DNA of 33,549 nucleotides, taken from contig CAYRYG010000003.1 in assembly GCA_964428465.1 (NCBI GenBank), positions 1-33,549 on the forward strand. Direction: 5' to 3'. The notes under the pieces were generated by a model. That model searched no databases and was not told the DNA's origin. It saw nothing but the letters and a program-made list of their open reading frames with translations. The stretch is from an uncultured Gammaproteobacteria bacterium. GTDB taxonomy: Bacteria > Patescibacteriota > Patescibacteriia > UBA9934 > GWF2-40-263. The position numbers were made by a program, and so were the translations under genes. Positions 24,557 to 33,471 of this stretch are shown here, in pieces (the stretch's first letter is position 1; the number at the start of each line of letters is the position of its first letter).

Positions 24557-24592
24557 AAAAACCGGCCCGGGCGAACGCGCGGGCCGGTTTTT
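24557..24592. terminator. Bidirectional intrinsic terminator
   Basis: AAAAACCGGCCCG / CGGGCCGGTTTTT between convergent genes. Confidence 0.85.
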
Positions 24593-24596
24593 CATC

Positions 24597-25844
24597 TTAG
24601 TAATCCCTCAGCTTCTCGATCATCGGGTGCGACTGGATCTTTTCGAGCGCCTTGGCCTCGATTTGGCGGATGCGCTCGCGCGTGACGTCGAATTCCTTGC
24701 CCACCTCCTCGAGCGTGTGGCTCACCCCGTCGGTGAGGCCGAAGCGCATCTCGAGGATTTTCTGCTCGCGCGGGGACAAGTCCTTCATCGCGTTGTTCAC
24801 GTAGTCGCGCAGGAGTTCCCGGGCGGCGGCGCGGTCCGGCGAGATCGTCTTGATGTCCTCGATGAAGTCCTCGAGCTTGGAATCCTCGTCGTCGTCGCCG
24901 ACCGACGTCTCGAGCGACACGGTGTCCTGCGAGATGCGGATGATGTGCTGCACCTTCTCGAGCGGCTCGTTCATTTCCGCCGCGATTTCCTCCGGCAGCG
25001 GCTCGCGGCCGAGGTCCTGGATGAGGCGTCGCTCCACCTGCATGAACCGGTTGATGGTTTCCACCATGTGCACCGGGATGCGGATGGTGCGGCTCTGGTC
25101 GGCGAGCGCGCGGGTGATGGCCTGGCGGATCCACCAGGTCGCGTACGTGGAGAACTTGTACCCCTTGCGGTACTCGAACTTCTTCACGGCGCGGAACAGG
25201 CCGATGTTCCCCTCCTGGATGAGGTCGAGGAGCGACAGCTGCTTGCCCACGAACTTCTTGGCGATGGACACCACGAGGCGCAGGTTGGCCTCGATGATGC
25301 GCCGCTCGGCCTCCTTGTCGTTGCGTTCCTTGCGCTTGGCGAGCGCGACTTCCTCCTCGCCGTTCAGGAGCGGGATCTTCCCGATCTCGCGCAGATACAT
25401 CTGGATGGAATCCTGCGACAGCTCCGGAACCTCGTTCGATTTCTTCGACGCGACGCGCGTGGTGCGGATCTTGTCGTACACGTCGGTGCGTTCCTTCTCG
25501 CGGCCGAGAATCCCCTCCTTCATCTCGATGAAGTGGATGCCGGCGCGGTCGAGCCGGTCGAGGAACTCGCGGAACACGTCCACGTAGTCCTCGACGTCCG
25601 CGAACGTAAACAACACCTCGTTCTCCGTGATGAACCCGCGCTGCTGTCCCTTCTTGATGAGACGGTCGATGATTTCCGGGGTCGGCGGGGGCGTGCGGAC
25701 GTACCGAGCCTTCGGTGGGCTGACATGCTTGACGGGTTTGACATGTTTGACGGGTTTCGCAGAACGAGCGACCTGTCTGACCTGTTTAACCTGTCTGACC
25801 TGTCTGACCTTCGCGCCCTTCTTGACGATTTTCTTCTTGACCAT
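24597..25844 (-). CDS. rpoD: Primary RNA polymerase sigma factor
   Basis: [59 protein letters not shown] and TRERIRQIE; immediately downstream of dnaG. Confidence 0.97.
   Translation of the reverse strand: MVKKKIVKKGAKVRQVRQVKQVRQVARSAKPVKHVKPVKHVSPPKARYVRTPPPTPEIIDRLIKKGQQRGFITENEVLFTFADVEDYVDVFREFLDRLDRAGIHFIEMKEGILGREKERTDVYDKIRTTRVASKKSNEVPELSQDSIQMYLREIGKIPLLNGEEEVALAKRKERNDKEAERRIIEANLRLVVSIAKKFVGKQLSLLDLIQEGNIGLFRAVKKFEYRKGYKFSTYATWWIRQAITRALADQSRTIRIPVHMVETINRFMQVERRLIQDLGREPLPEEIAAEMNEPLEKVQHIIRISQDTVSLETSVGDDDEDSKLEDFIEDIKTISPDRAAARELLRDYVNNAMKDLSPREQKILEMRFGLTDGVSHTLEEVGKEFDVTRERIRQIEAKALEKIQSHPMIEKLRDY
25719..25807. repeat. In-frame copy of the 9-mer palindromic element in the rpoD 5' region
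   Basis: GCTGACATG CTTGACGGG TTTGACATG TTTGACGGG ... CCTGTCTGA CCTGTTTAA CCTGTCTGA CCTGTCTGA; encodes [24 protein letters not shown]. Confidence 0.8.
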
Positions 25845-25871
25845 ACGCAAACGCCAAAAAGCGATCCTCTC

Positions 25872-27677
25872 CTATCGCAGGGCGTTAAATTCACGGATGA
25901 GTTTTTCCACGGTTGCCTGGTCGCCGGCCTGCTCGGCACGGCGCATGTCCGCCTCGATGGCCTTCCGGCGCACATCGCGGTCGGACGCGGTAAGGGAGTC
26001 AAGGAGTTCGTGGACCTGGGTTACGACCCGTTCGGGCGGCAATTGTGCGACCAATTCTTCGCCGTGCAGAGCGATTTCATGCAGCACGGAGCGATGTGGG
26101 TCGCGGCCCGTCATGCGGGCTTCGAGCCGGCCAAAATATGAATGGGGTGCCTGGTCCAGTGACTGGCTCGCATCATACTCCTCCTTGAGGTCCGTGTAAA
26201 GCGAGCGGAGGGCATCCGACGGGAGGGTCCGGGCGGCCAGTCCGGAGAGGATTTCGGCGCGGACGGCCGGGACCTGGATCAGCATGCCCAGCAGCGAACG
26301 GACGGCCTGCTCGGCGCGGGTGAGCTTGACGGTCGCGACGGGCCGGACGGGGCTCGACGGCACGATCTTCACGGGGACGGCGGGAGCGAGCGCCTTGCGC
26401 AGCACGTCCATGTCCGTGCGCAGGAGGTCGGAGACGGTCTGCAGCCAGTGCTCGCGCTCGATGACGTCCGTGATCTGCGAGAGCTCCGGAAGCAGCAGCG
26501 CCGCCACCGCGCGCTTGTCGTCCACGTTCGAGAGGTCGCGACCGGTTACCGCGCGGTCGATGTAGTACTGCATGATGGGCACGGTCTTGGCGCATGCCGC
26601 GCGCCAGAGTTCCGGGTTCTTCTGCACCGCGTCGTCCGGGTCCTTCCCCGCATCCGCGGGAAGCACGGCCACGCGCACGTCGAACCCGCCGCGGCGCGCG
26701 AGCGCGATGCCGCGCTGGGCCGCCTTGAACCCGGCCGCGTCCGCGTCGAACGAGAACACGATGGTGGTGGTGAACCGCTTGAGGAGCGCGAGCTGGTCCT
26801 CGGTGAGCGCGGTACCGGACGACCCGACCACGTTCTCGACCCCGGCCTTGTGCGACGCGACCACATCGAGGTTCCCTTCCACGATCACCACGCGCCCCTC
26901 GCGCTTGATCGCCTGCTTCGCGAGATGCAGCCCGTAGAGCGTGCGTCCCTTGTGGTAAATCGCCGTCTCCGGCGAGTTCATGTATTTCGCAGTGGTGGAG
27001 TCGTGGAGTGATGGAGTCGTGGAGTCATTTGGCATCACCCGGCCGGTGAAGCCGATCACGTTGCCGTGCTGGTCGCACAGCGGGATCATCAGGCGGTTGC
27101 GGAACCGGTCGTATACGCCGCTCCCGTCCTTGCGGCGCAGCACCAGGCCGGCCTTCTCCTGCTCGAGCGGCTGGAACCCACGGCTGCCCAAAAACGCCGT
27201 GAGGGAATCCCACGCGTCCGCGGCGAATCCAAGGCCGAACCGCTCCGCGAGCGCCTCGGGGATGCCGCGCTTGGCCAGGTAGTCGCGCGCCGCCGCTCCC
27301 GCCGTGGAATCAGTGAGTACCTTCCGAAAGAATTTTGCGGCAAGCTCGTTCGCGTCCGTGAGCCGGCGCTTCTCGTTGGTCTCGGTCGCGGAATACCGCG
27401 CCACTTCCACGCCGACCTTCTTCCCGAGGTGCATGAGCGCCTCCGGGAAGTCCATCCCCTCCATGCGCATGACGAACGAAAAGCAGTCCCCGCCCTCGTT
27501 GCATCCGAAGCAATGCCAAATCTGCTTGTCCACAGAGACGTGGAACGACGGGGTCTTTTCGGCGTGGAACGGGCAGAGCGCGCGGAACCGGCTCGGCCCG
27601 GCCGGCTTGAGCGGCAAATACTCGCCGACCAGCTCGGCCATGTCCACGCGGGATTTGATCTCTTCCTTTGGGTCCAT
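25872..27677 (-). CDS. dnaG: DNA primase
   Basis: CPFH..KTPSF..CFGC zinc-binding domain, DRFRNRLMIP, KYMNSPET and TOPRIM VEG..D / FDADAAG. Confidence 0.97.
   Translation of the reverse strand: MDPKEEIKSRVDMAELVGEYLPLKPAGPSRFRALCPFHAEKTPSFHVSVDKQIWHCFGCNEGGDCFSFVMRMEGMDFPEALMHLGKKVGVEVARYSATETNEKRRLTDANELAAKFFRKVLTDSTAGAAARDYLAKRGIPEALAERFGLGFAADAWDSLTAFLGSRGFQPLEQEKAGLVLRRKDGSGVYDRFRNRLMIPLCDQHGNVIGFTGRVMPNDSTTPSLHDSTTAKYMNSPETAIYHKGRTLYGLHLAKQAIKREGRVVIVEGNLDVVASHKAGVENVVGSSGTALTEDQLALLKRFTTTIVFSFDADAAGFKAAQRGIALARRGGFDVRVAVLPADAGKDPDDAVQKNPELWRAACAKTVPIMQYYIDRAVTGRDLSNVDDKRAVAALLLPELSQITDVIEREHWLQTVSDLLRTDMDVLRKALAPAVPVKIVPSSPVRPVATVKLTRAEQAVRSLLGMLIQVPAVRAEILSGLAARTLPSDALRSLYTDLKEEYDASQSLDQAPHSYFGRLEARMTGRDPHRSVLHEIALHGEELVAQLPPERVVTQVHELLDSLTASDRDVRRKAIEADMRRAEQAGDQATVEKLIREFNALR
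26996..27027. repeat. In-frame 4 x 8-bp tandem repeat within dnaG
   Basis: TGGAGTCG TGGAGTGA TGGAGTCG TGGAGTCA. Confidence 0.75.
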
Positions 27678-27686
27678 GCTCGGACT

Positions 27687-30167
27687 TTAGCCGCGTTTGG
27701 CCGTTTTCGCAAGGCCGCGCGAAAGGCGGTAGGAAGCCAGCTTGACCGTCTCCGTGACGACGAAGTAGACGCCCACGATGCCGAGGATCAGCCAGAGGTC
27801 GTGCGACGTGGGCGTGACAAAATGAAAGACGTTCGTGCCCACGGACGTGAACGGGATCCAGATGGTCGCCGCGAACGCGGTGACGGAGAGCCAGAAGAGG
27901 ATCGGGGACGGCCGCGTGGCACGCCAGAACGGACGGCGCGTGCGGATGGAGAAGATGAGCACGAGCTCGGTCAGGATCGACCCGATGAACCAGTTCGTCT
28001 GCAGCACCTCCGGCGAGATGCGGTAGAACAGGCCGAAGAAGATGAAGTCGAACACGGTCGAGACCACGCCGAGCACCGTGGCCGCGTACACGATGTCGCG
28101 GATGTCGTAGGAGCGCGGGCGCTTGAGCTCGTCGCCGTCCACCGCGTCCGTGGCGATGGCGATCATCGGGAAGTCGGAAAGGAGATTGACGAGCAGGATC
28201 TGCACCGGGAGCATCGGGAGAAAGTCGACGAGGAGCGTGGCCGTCGCGACCGCGAGGAAGTTGCCGAAGTTCGAGGCGAGCGTGGCCTTGATGTACTTGA
28301 CCGTGTTCGCGAACACGGAACGGCCCTCGCGGATGCCGTTCACGATGACCTCGAGCGAATGCCGCATGAGCACGATGTCCGCGGCCTCGCGAGCGACGTC
28401 GCTCGCGCCGTCCACCACGATGCCGACCGACGCGATCTTGAGCGCGGGCGCGTCGTTGATCCCCTCCCCGAGGAATCCGACCTCGCAACGGCCGTGCTGC
28501 GCCTGGATGATGAGGAACTTCTGTCGCGGGGACACGCGCGCGAACACGGCGTGCGTAAGGACCGCGTCTATCCGATCCGTTTCCGACAGCGCCTCCCATT
28601 CCTCCCCGGTCATCACCTCCGCGTCCGACGCGATGAGGCCCACCTCGCGTGCCACGGCCGTCGCGACCTCCCGGCTGTCGCCGGTCAGAATTTTCACCGA
28701 AACCCCAAGTCGCTTGGCGTGCTCGATGGCCGATGCCGCCGACGCCTTCACCGGGTCCGCGAACGAAATCGCGCCGACGAGCTTCAACGCCGATTTTTCT
28801 CCAGAAGCGACCGCGATCACGCGGCGTCCCTTCTTTCCTTCCGCCGAGGCCCACGCCGCCATCCGCTCGCACCTGCCGTCGCACATCGCCGCGATCTCCT
28901 CCGGCGCGCCGCGCACGATGATCCTGCCGTCCACGACCACGCTGTTCCAGCGCCGGGCCGGGTCGAACGGGACCTCGTGCGACCGGCTGGCCGAGCTCGC
29001 GCGCGCCCGGTCGGATTCCGCCAGCCGGTTCCACACCGCGATGTCGAACGCGTTGTTCGGCGTCGCGCGCCGTTCTCCCAGGAAGGAAGACGCGACCGCC
29101 GCATCAAACACCGCGGCCTCGTGGTCCGATCCGAACACGTCCGTGACCTCCAGCTTATTCTCCGTCAGCGTCCCGGTCTTGTCCGTGCACAGCACCTCGA
29201 TGGACCCGAGGTCCTCGATTGCCGACAGGCGCTTCACCACCACCTTCTGCCGCGCCAGACGAAGCGCGCCGCGCGACAACGTGGTCGTGACCACGAGCGG
29301 CAGCGCCTCCGGGATGACCGAGACCGCGAGCGCGATGGAGAAGATCAGCAGGTCCGGGACGTTCACGGACCCGCCCTTGATCAACAGATTTGCGGCGAAC
29401 ACGGCGGCGAGCGTCACCAGGATGATACGCAGGATGAACGCGCTGAACGCGCCGAGGCTCTTCTCGAATCCGCTCTCCCCGTCGGTCTGCTGCGTCAGCT
29501 TCGTCACCTCGCCGATCTGCGTCCCGGTCCCCGTAGCCACGACGATCCCGACCCCGCGGCCGGACACCACCGTGGTTCCCGCGAACCCGACGTTCGTCGC
29601 GCGGTACGGTTCCGTCGCCTCCGTCTTCAGCGCCTCGACGATCTTCTTGACCGGGACCGACTCCCCCGTCAGCACGGATTCGTCCACGGTCAGGTCGTCC
29701 TCTTCCAAAAACCGAACGTCCGCGTGGATCATGTCGCCGGTCTCCACCACGACCACGTCGCCGGGCACGAGCTCCGCGCTGTCCACGAGCGTTTCCGTGC
29801 CGTCGCGCCGGACCCGCGCCTTCGCGCGCACGAACGTGCGAAGCAGCTCGACCGCGCGCTCGGAGTGATATTCCTGCGCGAACCCGAGTCCCGCGTTCAC
29901 GAGCACGAACGCCGCGATCATCGCCGCGTCCACCATCTCCCCGAGCGCGGCCGCGATGAGCGCCGCCGCGATGAGCAGGTACAAGAACGGGGACCTGAAC
30001 TGGCGGAGCAGGACGCGGTACCACCGCAGCCGCCCGCGCGAGATCTCATTGCGGCCGTGCTCGGCAAGGCGCCGGGCGGCCTCGCCGGGAACCAATCCCC
30101 CGCGCGAGCTGTCCAGGTCCCGGAGCAGGTCGGCATCGGATCGAATGGACGCGCTGGAAAATGTCAT
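27687..30167 (-). CDS. P-type ATPase, MgtA-like (Mg2+ importer, P3B)
   Basis: TGES, PEALP, DKTGTLT, TGD, GEGINDAP and ASNFGN. Confidence 0.88.
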   Translation of the reverse strand: MTFSSASIRSDADLLRDLDSSRGGLVPGEAARRLAEHGRNEISRGRLRWYRVLLRQFRSPFLYLLIAAALIAAALGEMVDAAMIAAFVLVNAGLGFAQEYHSERAVELLRTFVRAKARVRRDGTETLVDSAELVPGDVVVVETGDMIHADVRFLEEDDLTVDESVLTGESVPVKKIVEALKTEATEPYRATNVGFAGTTVVSGRGVGIVVATGTGTQIGEVTKLTQQTDGESGFEKSLGAFSAFILRIILVTLAAVFAANLLIKGGSVNVPDLLIFSIALAVSVIPEALPLVVTTTLSRGALRLARQKVVVKRLSAIEDLGSIEVLCTDKTGTLTENKLEVTDVFGSDHEAAVFDAAVASSFLGERRATPNNAFDIAVWNRLAESDRARASSASRSHEVPFDPARRWNSVVVDGRIIVRGAPEEIAAMCDGRCERMAAWASAEGKKGRRVIAVASGEKSALKLVGAISFADPVKASAASAIEHAKRLGVSVKILTGDSREVATAVAREVGLIASDAEVMTGEEWEALSETDRIDAVLTHAVFARVSPRQKFLIIQAQHGRCEVGFLGEGINDAPALKIASVGIVVDGASDVAREAADIVLMRHSLEVIVNGIREGRSVFANTVKYIKATLASNFGNFLAVATATLLVDFLPMLPVQILLVNLLSDFPMIAIATDAVDGDELKRPRSYDIRDIVYAATVLGVVSTVFDFIFFGLFYRISPEVLQTNWFIGSILTELVLIFSIRTRRPFWRATRPSPILFWLSVTAFAATIWIPFTSVGTNVFHFVTPTSHDLWLILGIVGVYFVVTETVKLASYRLSRGLAKTAKRG

Positions 30168-31117
30168 ACGACGAGGACATAGCCGACATACGCCACGTAC
30201 AGCGCGACGAACGCCGCGCCCTGCCAGCGTTCGAACTGATGTCGCCTGCCGACGAACATGCTGATGAACAGCAACACCGAAACGGCGACCACCACGGCCG
30301 CGTCACGCACGGCGAGGGCACCGAATGGCAGCGGGTTGATAAACGCGCTCAGCCCGAGGACCAGGAACACGTTGAAGATGTTGGAACCGACGATGTTGCC
30401 GACCGCGATGTCCGAATTTTTTTTCAGCGCGGCGACGACCGAGGTCGCCAGCTCGGGAAGCGACGTCCCGACGGCGACGACCGTCACGGCGATCACGTGC
30501 TCGGACAACCCGACCAACCGGGCGATCCCGACCGCGCCCTCGACGATCAGCGACCCGCCTACCGCGAGGGCCGTCAGGCCGCCAAGGACATAGGCCGCGA
30601 TACGCGGCGTGGGAAGTTCGTCCACGGGTTCTCCGCGCTCGCCGGACCCCTTGCTGATCGCGTGGATGTAATAGAGGAAGATCACGAAAAACGACAGGAG
30701 GACGAATCCGTCAATCCGCGTGATCGCGTTCGAGGACCGTCCGTCAAAGAGCACGTCGTTTCCCATCACCAACACGAGGACGGCGGCGAGCATGGAAAAC
30801 GGAATTTCCTTCCAGACCGTCGTGCGCTGCACGGCGAGCGGGCTGATGGCCGCGGCGAGCCCGAGAATGAGGAGGATGTTCGCGGCGTTGCTCCCGAGCA
30901 CGTTGCCTACCGCAATGTCGGTTTCGCCGAGCGCCGAGGAAAAGAGGTTCACGACGAGTTCCGGCGCCGACGTGCCGAACGCGACCACGGTGAGGCCGAC
31001 GACAAGCGCGCTGATGCCGAGACGACGCGCCAGCGACGACGCGCCGGCGACGAGATAGTGCGCGCCGCGCAGCAGCAGGAGGAAGCCGCCGGCGAGCATG
31101 AGCAGGTTAACGAGCAT
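30164..31117 (-). CDS. Calcium/sodium antiporter (YrbG/CaCA family)
   Basis: Two alpha repeats: GTSAPE..GNVLGSN and GTSLPE..GNIVGSNIFN. Confidence 0.93.
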   Translation of the reverse strand: MLVNLLMLAGGFLLLLRGAHYLVAGASSLARRLGISALVVGLTVVAFGTSAPELVVNLFSSALGETDIAVGNVLGSNAANILLILGLAAAISPLAVQRTTVWKEIPFSMLAAVLVLVMGNDVLFDGRSSNAITRIDGFVLLSFFVIFLYYIHAISKGSGERGEPVDELPTPRIAAYVLGGLTALAVGGSLIVEGAVGIARLVGLSEHVIAVTVVAVGTSLPELATSVVAALKKNSDIAVGNIVGSNIFNVFLVLGLSAFINPLPFGALAVRDAAVVVAVSVLLFISMFVGRRHQFERWQGAAFVALYVAYVGYVLVV

Positions 31118-31733
31118 AGCGGGATAAGACACGTGGATAGACGTCGAGAATCGTCTTGGCAATGGCCGGGTCCGCGAGGAATCGCTCCGCGAGTCCCACC
31201 ATCCGGTCCGCGCGGTCCGGGGCGATGCCGAGCTTCACCGAGAACGCGCGGTAGTCCGAGGCGTCGTCGCACGCCGGCGCGTACGCGGCGCGCAGGTCGG
31301 CGTAATACCGTTCCATGGGAGCGGTCTCTTCCCCGCACGGCCGCTGCGTCATGGCCAGTTCCCGCAGGATCGCCATGTCCGTGCCCAGCTGCCGCACCGA
31401 CTCCATGTCCTCGACCAGCTTCACGGACGTGAAGAACGCCCAGTCGTCCTTGCGCAGCTCCTCGGGAATCATCGTCAGCGTCTCGCGGCGAACCAGTACG
31501 GACGCTTGATCGTACGCAAGATGAGTCGCCCATCCCTTCTCAAAGTCGCCAAGCCCGTGCTGGAAGGGATCCTGCGGACAGAGCGCGTCGTTGTGCGTCG
31601 CCGTGCGCGGGATGCCGGTCGCGTATCGCGAGTCCGGATACACCGCGCCCGAATAGTACGCCGCGCGGTCCGTCACTAAGAGACGGACCGCCAGGTCCCG
31701 CGCGAATCGAACGTGCGTCGCTTCCATTGCCAT
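31107..31733 (-). CDS. Putative zinc-dependent phospholipase C / P1-nuclease-fold protein
   Basis: N-terminal ATH, SGAVYPD, ATH and GWATHLAYD pattern of metal ligands. Confidence 0.6.
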   Translation of the reverse strand: MAMEATHVRFARDLAVRLLVTDRAAYYSGAVYPDSRYATGIPRTATHNDALCPQDPFQHGLGDFEKGWATHLAYDQASVLVRRETLTMIPEELRKDDWAFFTSVKLVEDMESVRQLGTDMAILRELAMTQRPCGEETAPMERYYADLRAAYAPACDDASDYRAFSVKLGIAPDRADRMVGLAERFLADPAIAKTILDVYPRVLSRYAR

Positions 31734-31775
31734 AAGATGAGGCGTGAAGGCGTTGAAGGCCCGCAGGCCGCGAGG

Positions 31776-32162
31776 TCAATCGAACAACCAACCGAATAAC
31801 CCTCCCTTCTTTTTTTCCTGAGGGCCTTCCCGCCTTCCCGCCTGTCCGCCTGTGTCAACCGTTCCCAGCGACTTCACGAACGAGACGATCCGCGCGACCT
31901 CCCGTTCCACCAGCGGGCCCGAATATTCCCCGCTGTGCGCGTGGCCGCTCCCGTAGGACGCCTCCTTCTGGTCGAGGTGCAGGTTGAGCTGCATCCCGCC
32001 GTTCCGGTCCTCCACGTACGCGTGATACCGCGGATACGGCGTCCCGTGGATCCGTTTCACGTAGGAAAGCTGCGCCTCACGCCCGCGATGCTCACCATAC
32101 CCGGCCCTCCGCAACAGGTTCCGCGCCGTGTCCGCAAGCGGCCCTGGGATAAACGTGTTCAT
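31776..32162 (-). CDS. Hypothetical protein
   Basis: Only the 3' part of the listed long ORF (from MNTFIPG) is plausible; YPRYHAY, NLHLDQK and HSGEY look like a conserved core; TGgTAGAAT upstream. Confidence 0.75.
   Translation of the reverse strand: MNTFIPGPLADTARNLLRRAGYGEHRGREAQLSYVKRIHGTPYPRYHAYVEDRNGGMQLNLHLDQKEASYGSGHAHSGEYSGPLVEREVARIVSFVKSLGTVDTGGQAGRREGPQEKKKGGLFGWLFD
31824..31855. repeat. In-frame 4 x 8-bp tandem repeat in the C-terminal linker
   Basis: GCCTTCCC GCCTTCCC GCCTGTCC GCCTGTGT. Confidence 0.6.
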
Positions 32163-32164
32163 AG

Positions 32165-32191
32165 GTAATAGGCGGGGTCCCCGCACCCCGC
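32165..32191 (-). repeat. 27-bp REP-like element (copy 2) in the 5' leader of gene 31776-32162
   Basis: Exact reverse complement of 17648-17674. Confidence 0.85.
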
Positions 32192-32205
32192 ATTCTACCA
32201 AAGTA

Positions 32206-32233
32206 TTGACATCCGCCATAATTCGCGTATATT
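32206..32233 (+). promoter_or_regulatory. Sigma70-type promoter TTGACA-16-TATATT
   Basis: Consensus -35; followed by a 19-bp palindrome and a GAGGAG SD. Confidence 0.6.
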
Positions 32234-32267
32234 TGCATCTCCAGAAGTTCTGGAGAGGAGAATCAGG

Positions 32268-33464
32268 ATGTTCGAAATTCACGTCGAGGACCGTACCGTC
32301 CAAACGGGCATGGTCCCGGTGAGCTGGTGTGTCAGCCGGGCGTTGCTCGCGCGGCTCGCCGAGCTCGGGATCAAGGACCCGCACGTGCTGCTGGTGGCCG
32401 CCCCCGCCGGGGACCGCTACCACCCCGGCAAGGAGACGCGCAAGCTCGTCCCGCTCACGGACGGCATGGGCTACGTCGAGTTCCGCACCGACGGCCCCAA
32501 CCGGGTGTTCGCCGTGATCATGTTCTGGTGGGGCGGCATCCGCGGAGTGGATGACTACCTGTTCGCGCGGGAGGGCGGCGTCTGGAAGACGAACCTGCTC
32601 ACGACCGACGGCTCCGCGCTCTCGGATCGCCTCCACAAGGCGTACTACCACGGAGACTCCGCGTGCGGCTGGGGGATCACGGAACTGCCCGAGGCAGACA
32701 TCCCGAGCAACGACGCGACCAAGGGCTGGCGCGCGGCGTCCTCGACCCTCGACGTGATCGTCCCCGCGGGCGTGTTCGCCAAGCCGCCGCCCGCGTGGGA
32801 GACGGCGTGGGTGAACCACTGGTTCCGCAACGCCCCGATCGACGAGTGCGACTACCGCAAGCGCCGCCTCTGGGCGTACTCCGTGCAGCCGCCGGTCATG
32901 CTCGTGAACTGGCTGATCCGCCTCGCGGTGACGCTCTTCGCCCTCCTGGCCGGCTTCAAGCAGGTCAACTGGCAGCCGGTCTTCCACCTGCTGTCGACCG
33001 GCTTCGAGCAGGTCGTGGCGAGCTTCGAGAACGGGAACTACTTCTGGCCGAGGAGCTGGGGGAAGAACCCCGTCGGCTTCCTGGCCCGGTGCAGCCTGCC
33101 GCTCTTCAGCCCGCTGTCGCTGCTCGCGATCGCCGGCATCGCCTCGCTCGCGGAGAAGAGCCCATTCGCGACGGTCTTCGCCAAAACCCTGATCGGCCTC
33201 GCCCTCGGGATCCCCGCGATCGTGGCGGTCGCGTTCGGCATCGCGACGGCGATCGCGCTGGCGGGCCACGCGGCCGGCCGGTACTCCGAACGGAAGGCCG
33301 GGCGGCACGCCGACTACCTCGACCCCGAGACGGTCGACTTCCTGGCCTGCGACGCGCAGGGCGGCACGCGCCGCACCATCGGGAACGTCCCGTGGCGCCG
33401 CCGGTCCGTGCGGCTCATCTTCCAGGCCACCAAGGCCCAGGTCTGCCGCCCCTTCGCCCGCTGA
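32268..33464 (+). CDS. Hypothetical membrane protein
   Basis: 398-aa ORF with SD, a soluble N-terminal half, about 3 TM segments and a downstream terminator. Confidence 0.8.
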   Translation: MFEIHVEDRTVQTGMVPVSWCVSRALLARLAELGIKDPHVLLVAAPAGDRYHPGKETRKLVPLTDGMGYVEFRTDGPNRVFAVIMFWWGGIRGVDDYLFAREGGVWKTNLLTTDGSALSDRLHKAYYHGDSACGWGITELPEADIPSNDATKGWRAASSTLDVIVPAGVFAKPPPAWETAWVNHWFRNAPIDECDYRKRRLWAYSVQPPVMLVNWLIRLAVTLFALLAGFKQVNWQPVFHLLSTGFEQVVASFENGNYFWPRSWGKNPVGFLARCSLPLFSPLSLLAIAGIASLAEKSPFATVFAKTLIGLALGIPAIVAVAFGIATAIALAGHAAGRYSERKAGRHADYLDPETVDFLACDAQGGTRRTIGNVPWRRRSVRLIFQATKAQVCRPFAR

Positions 33465-33471
33465 CCCCCTC

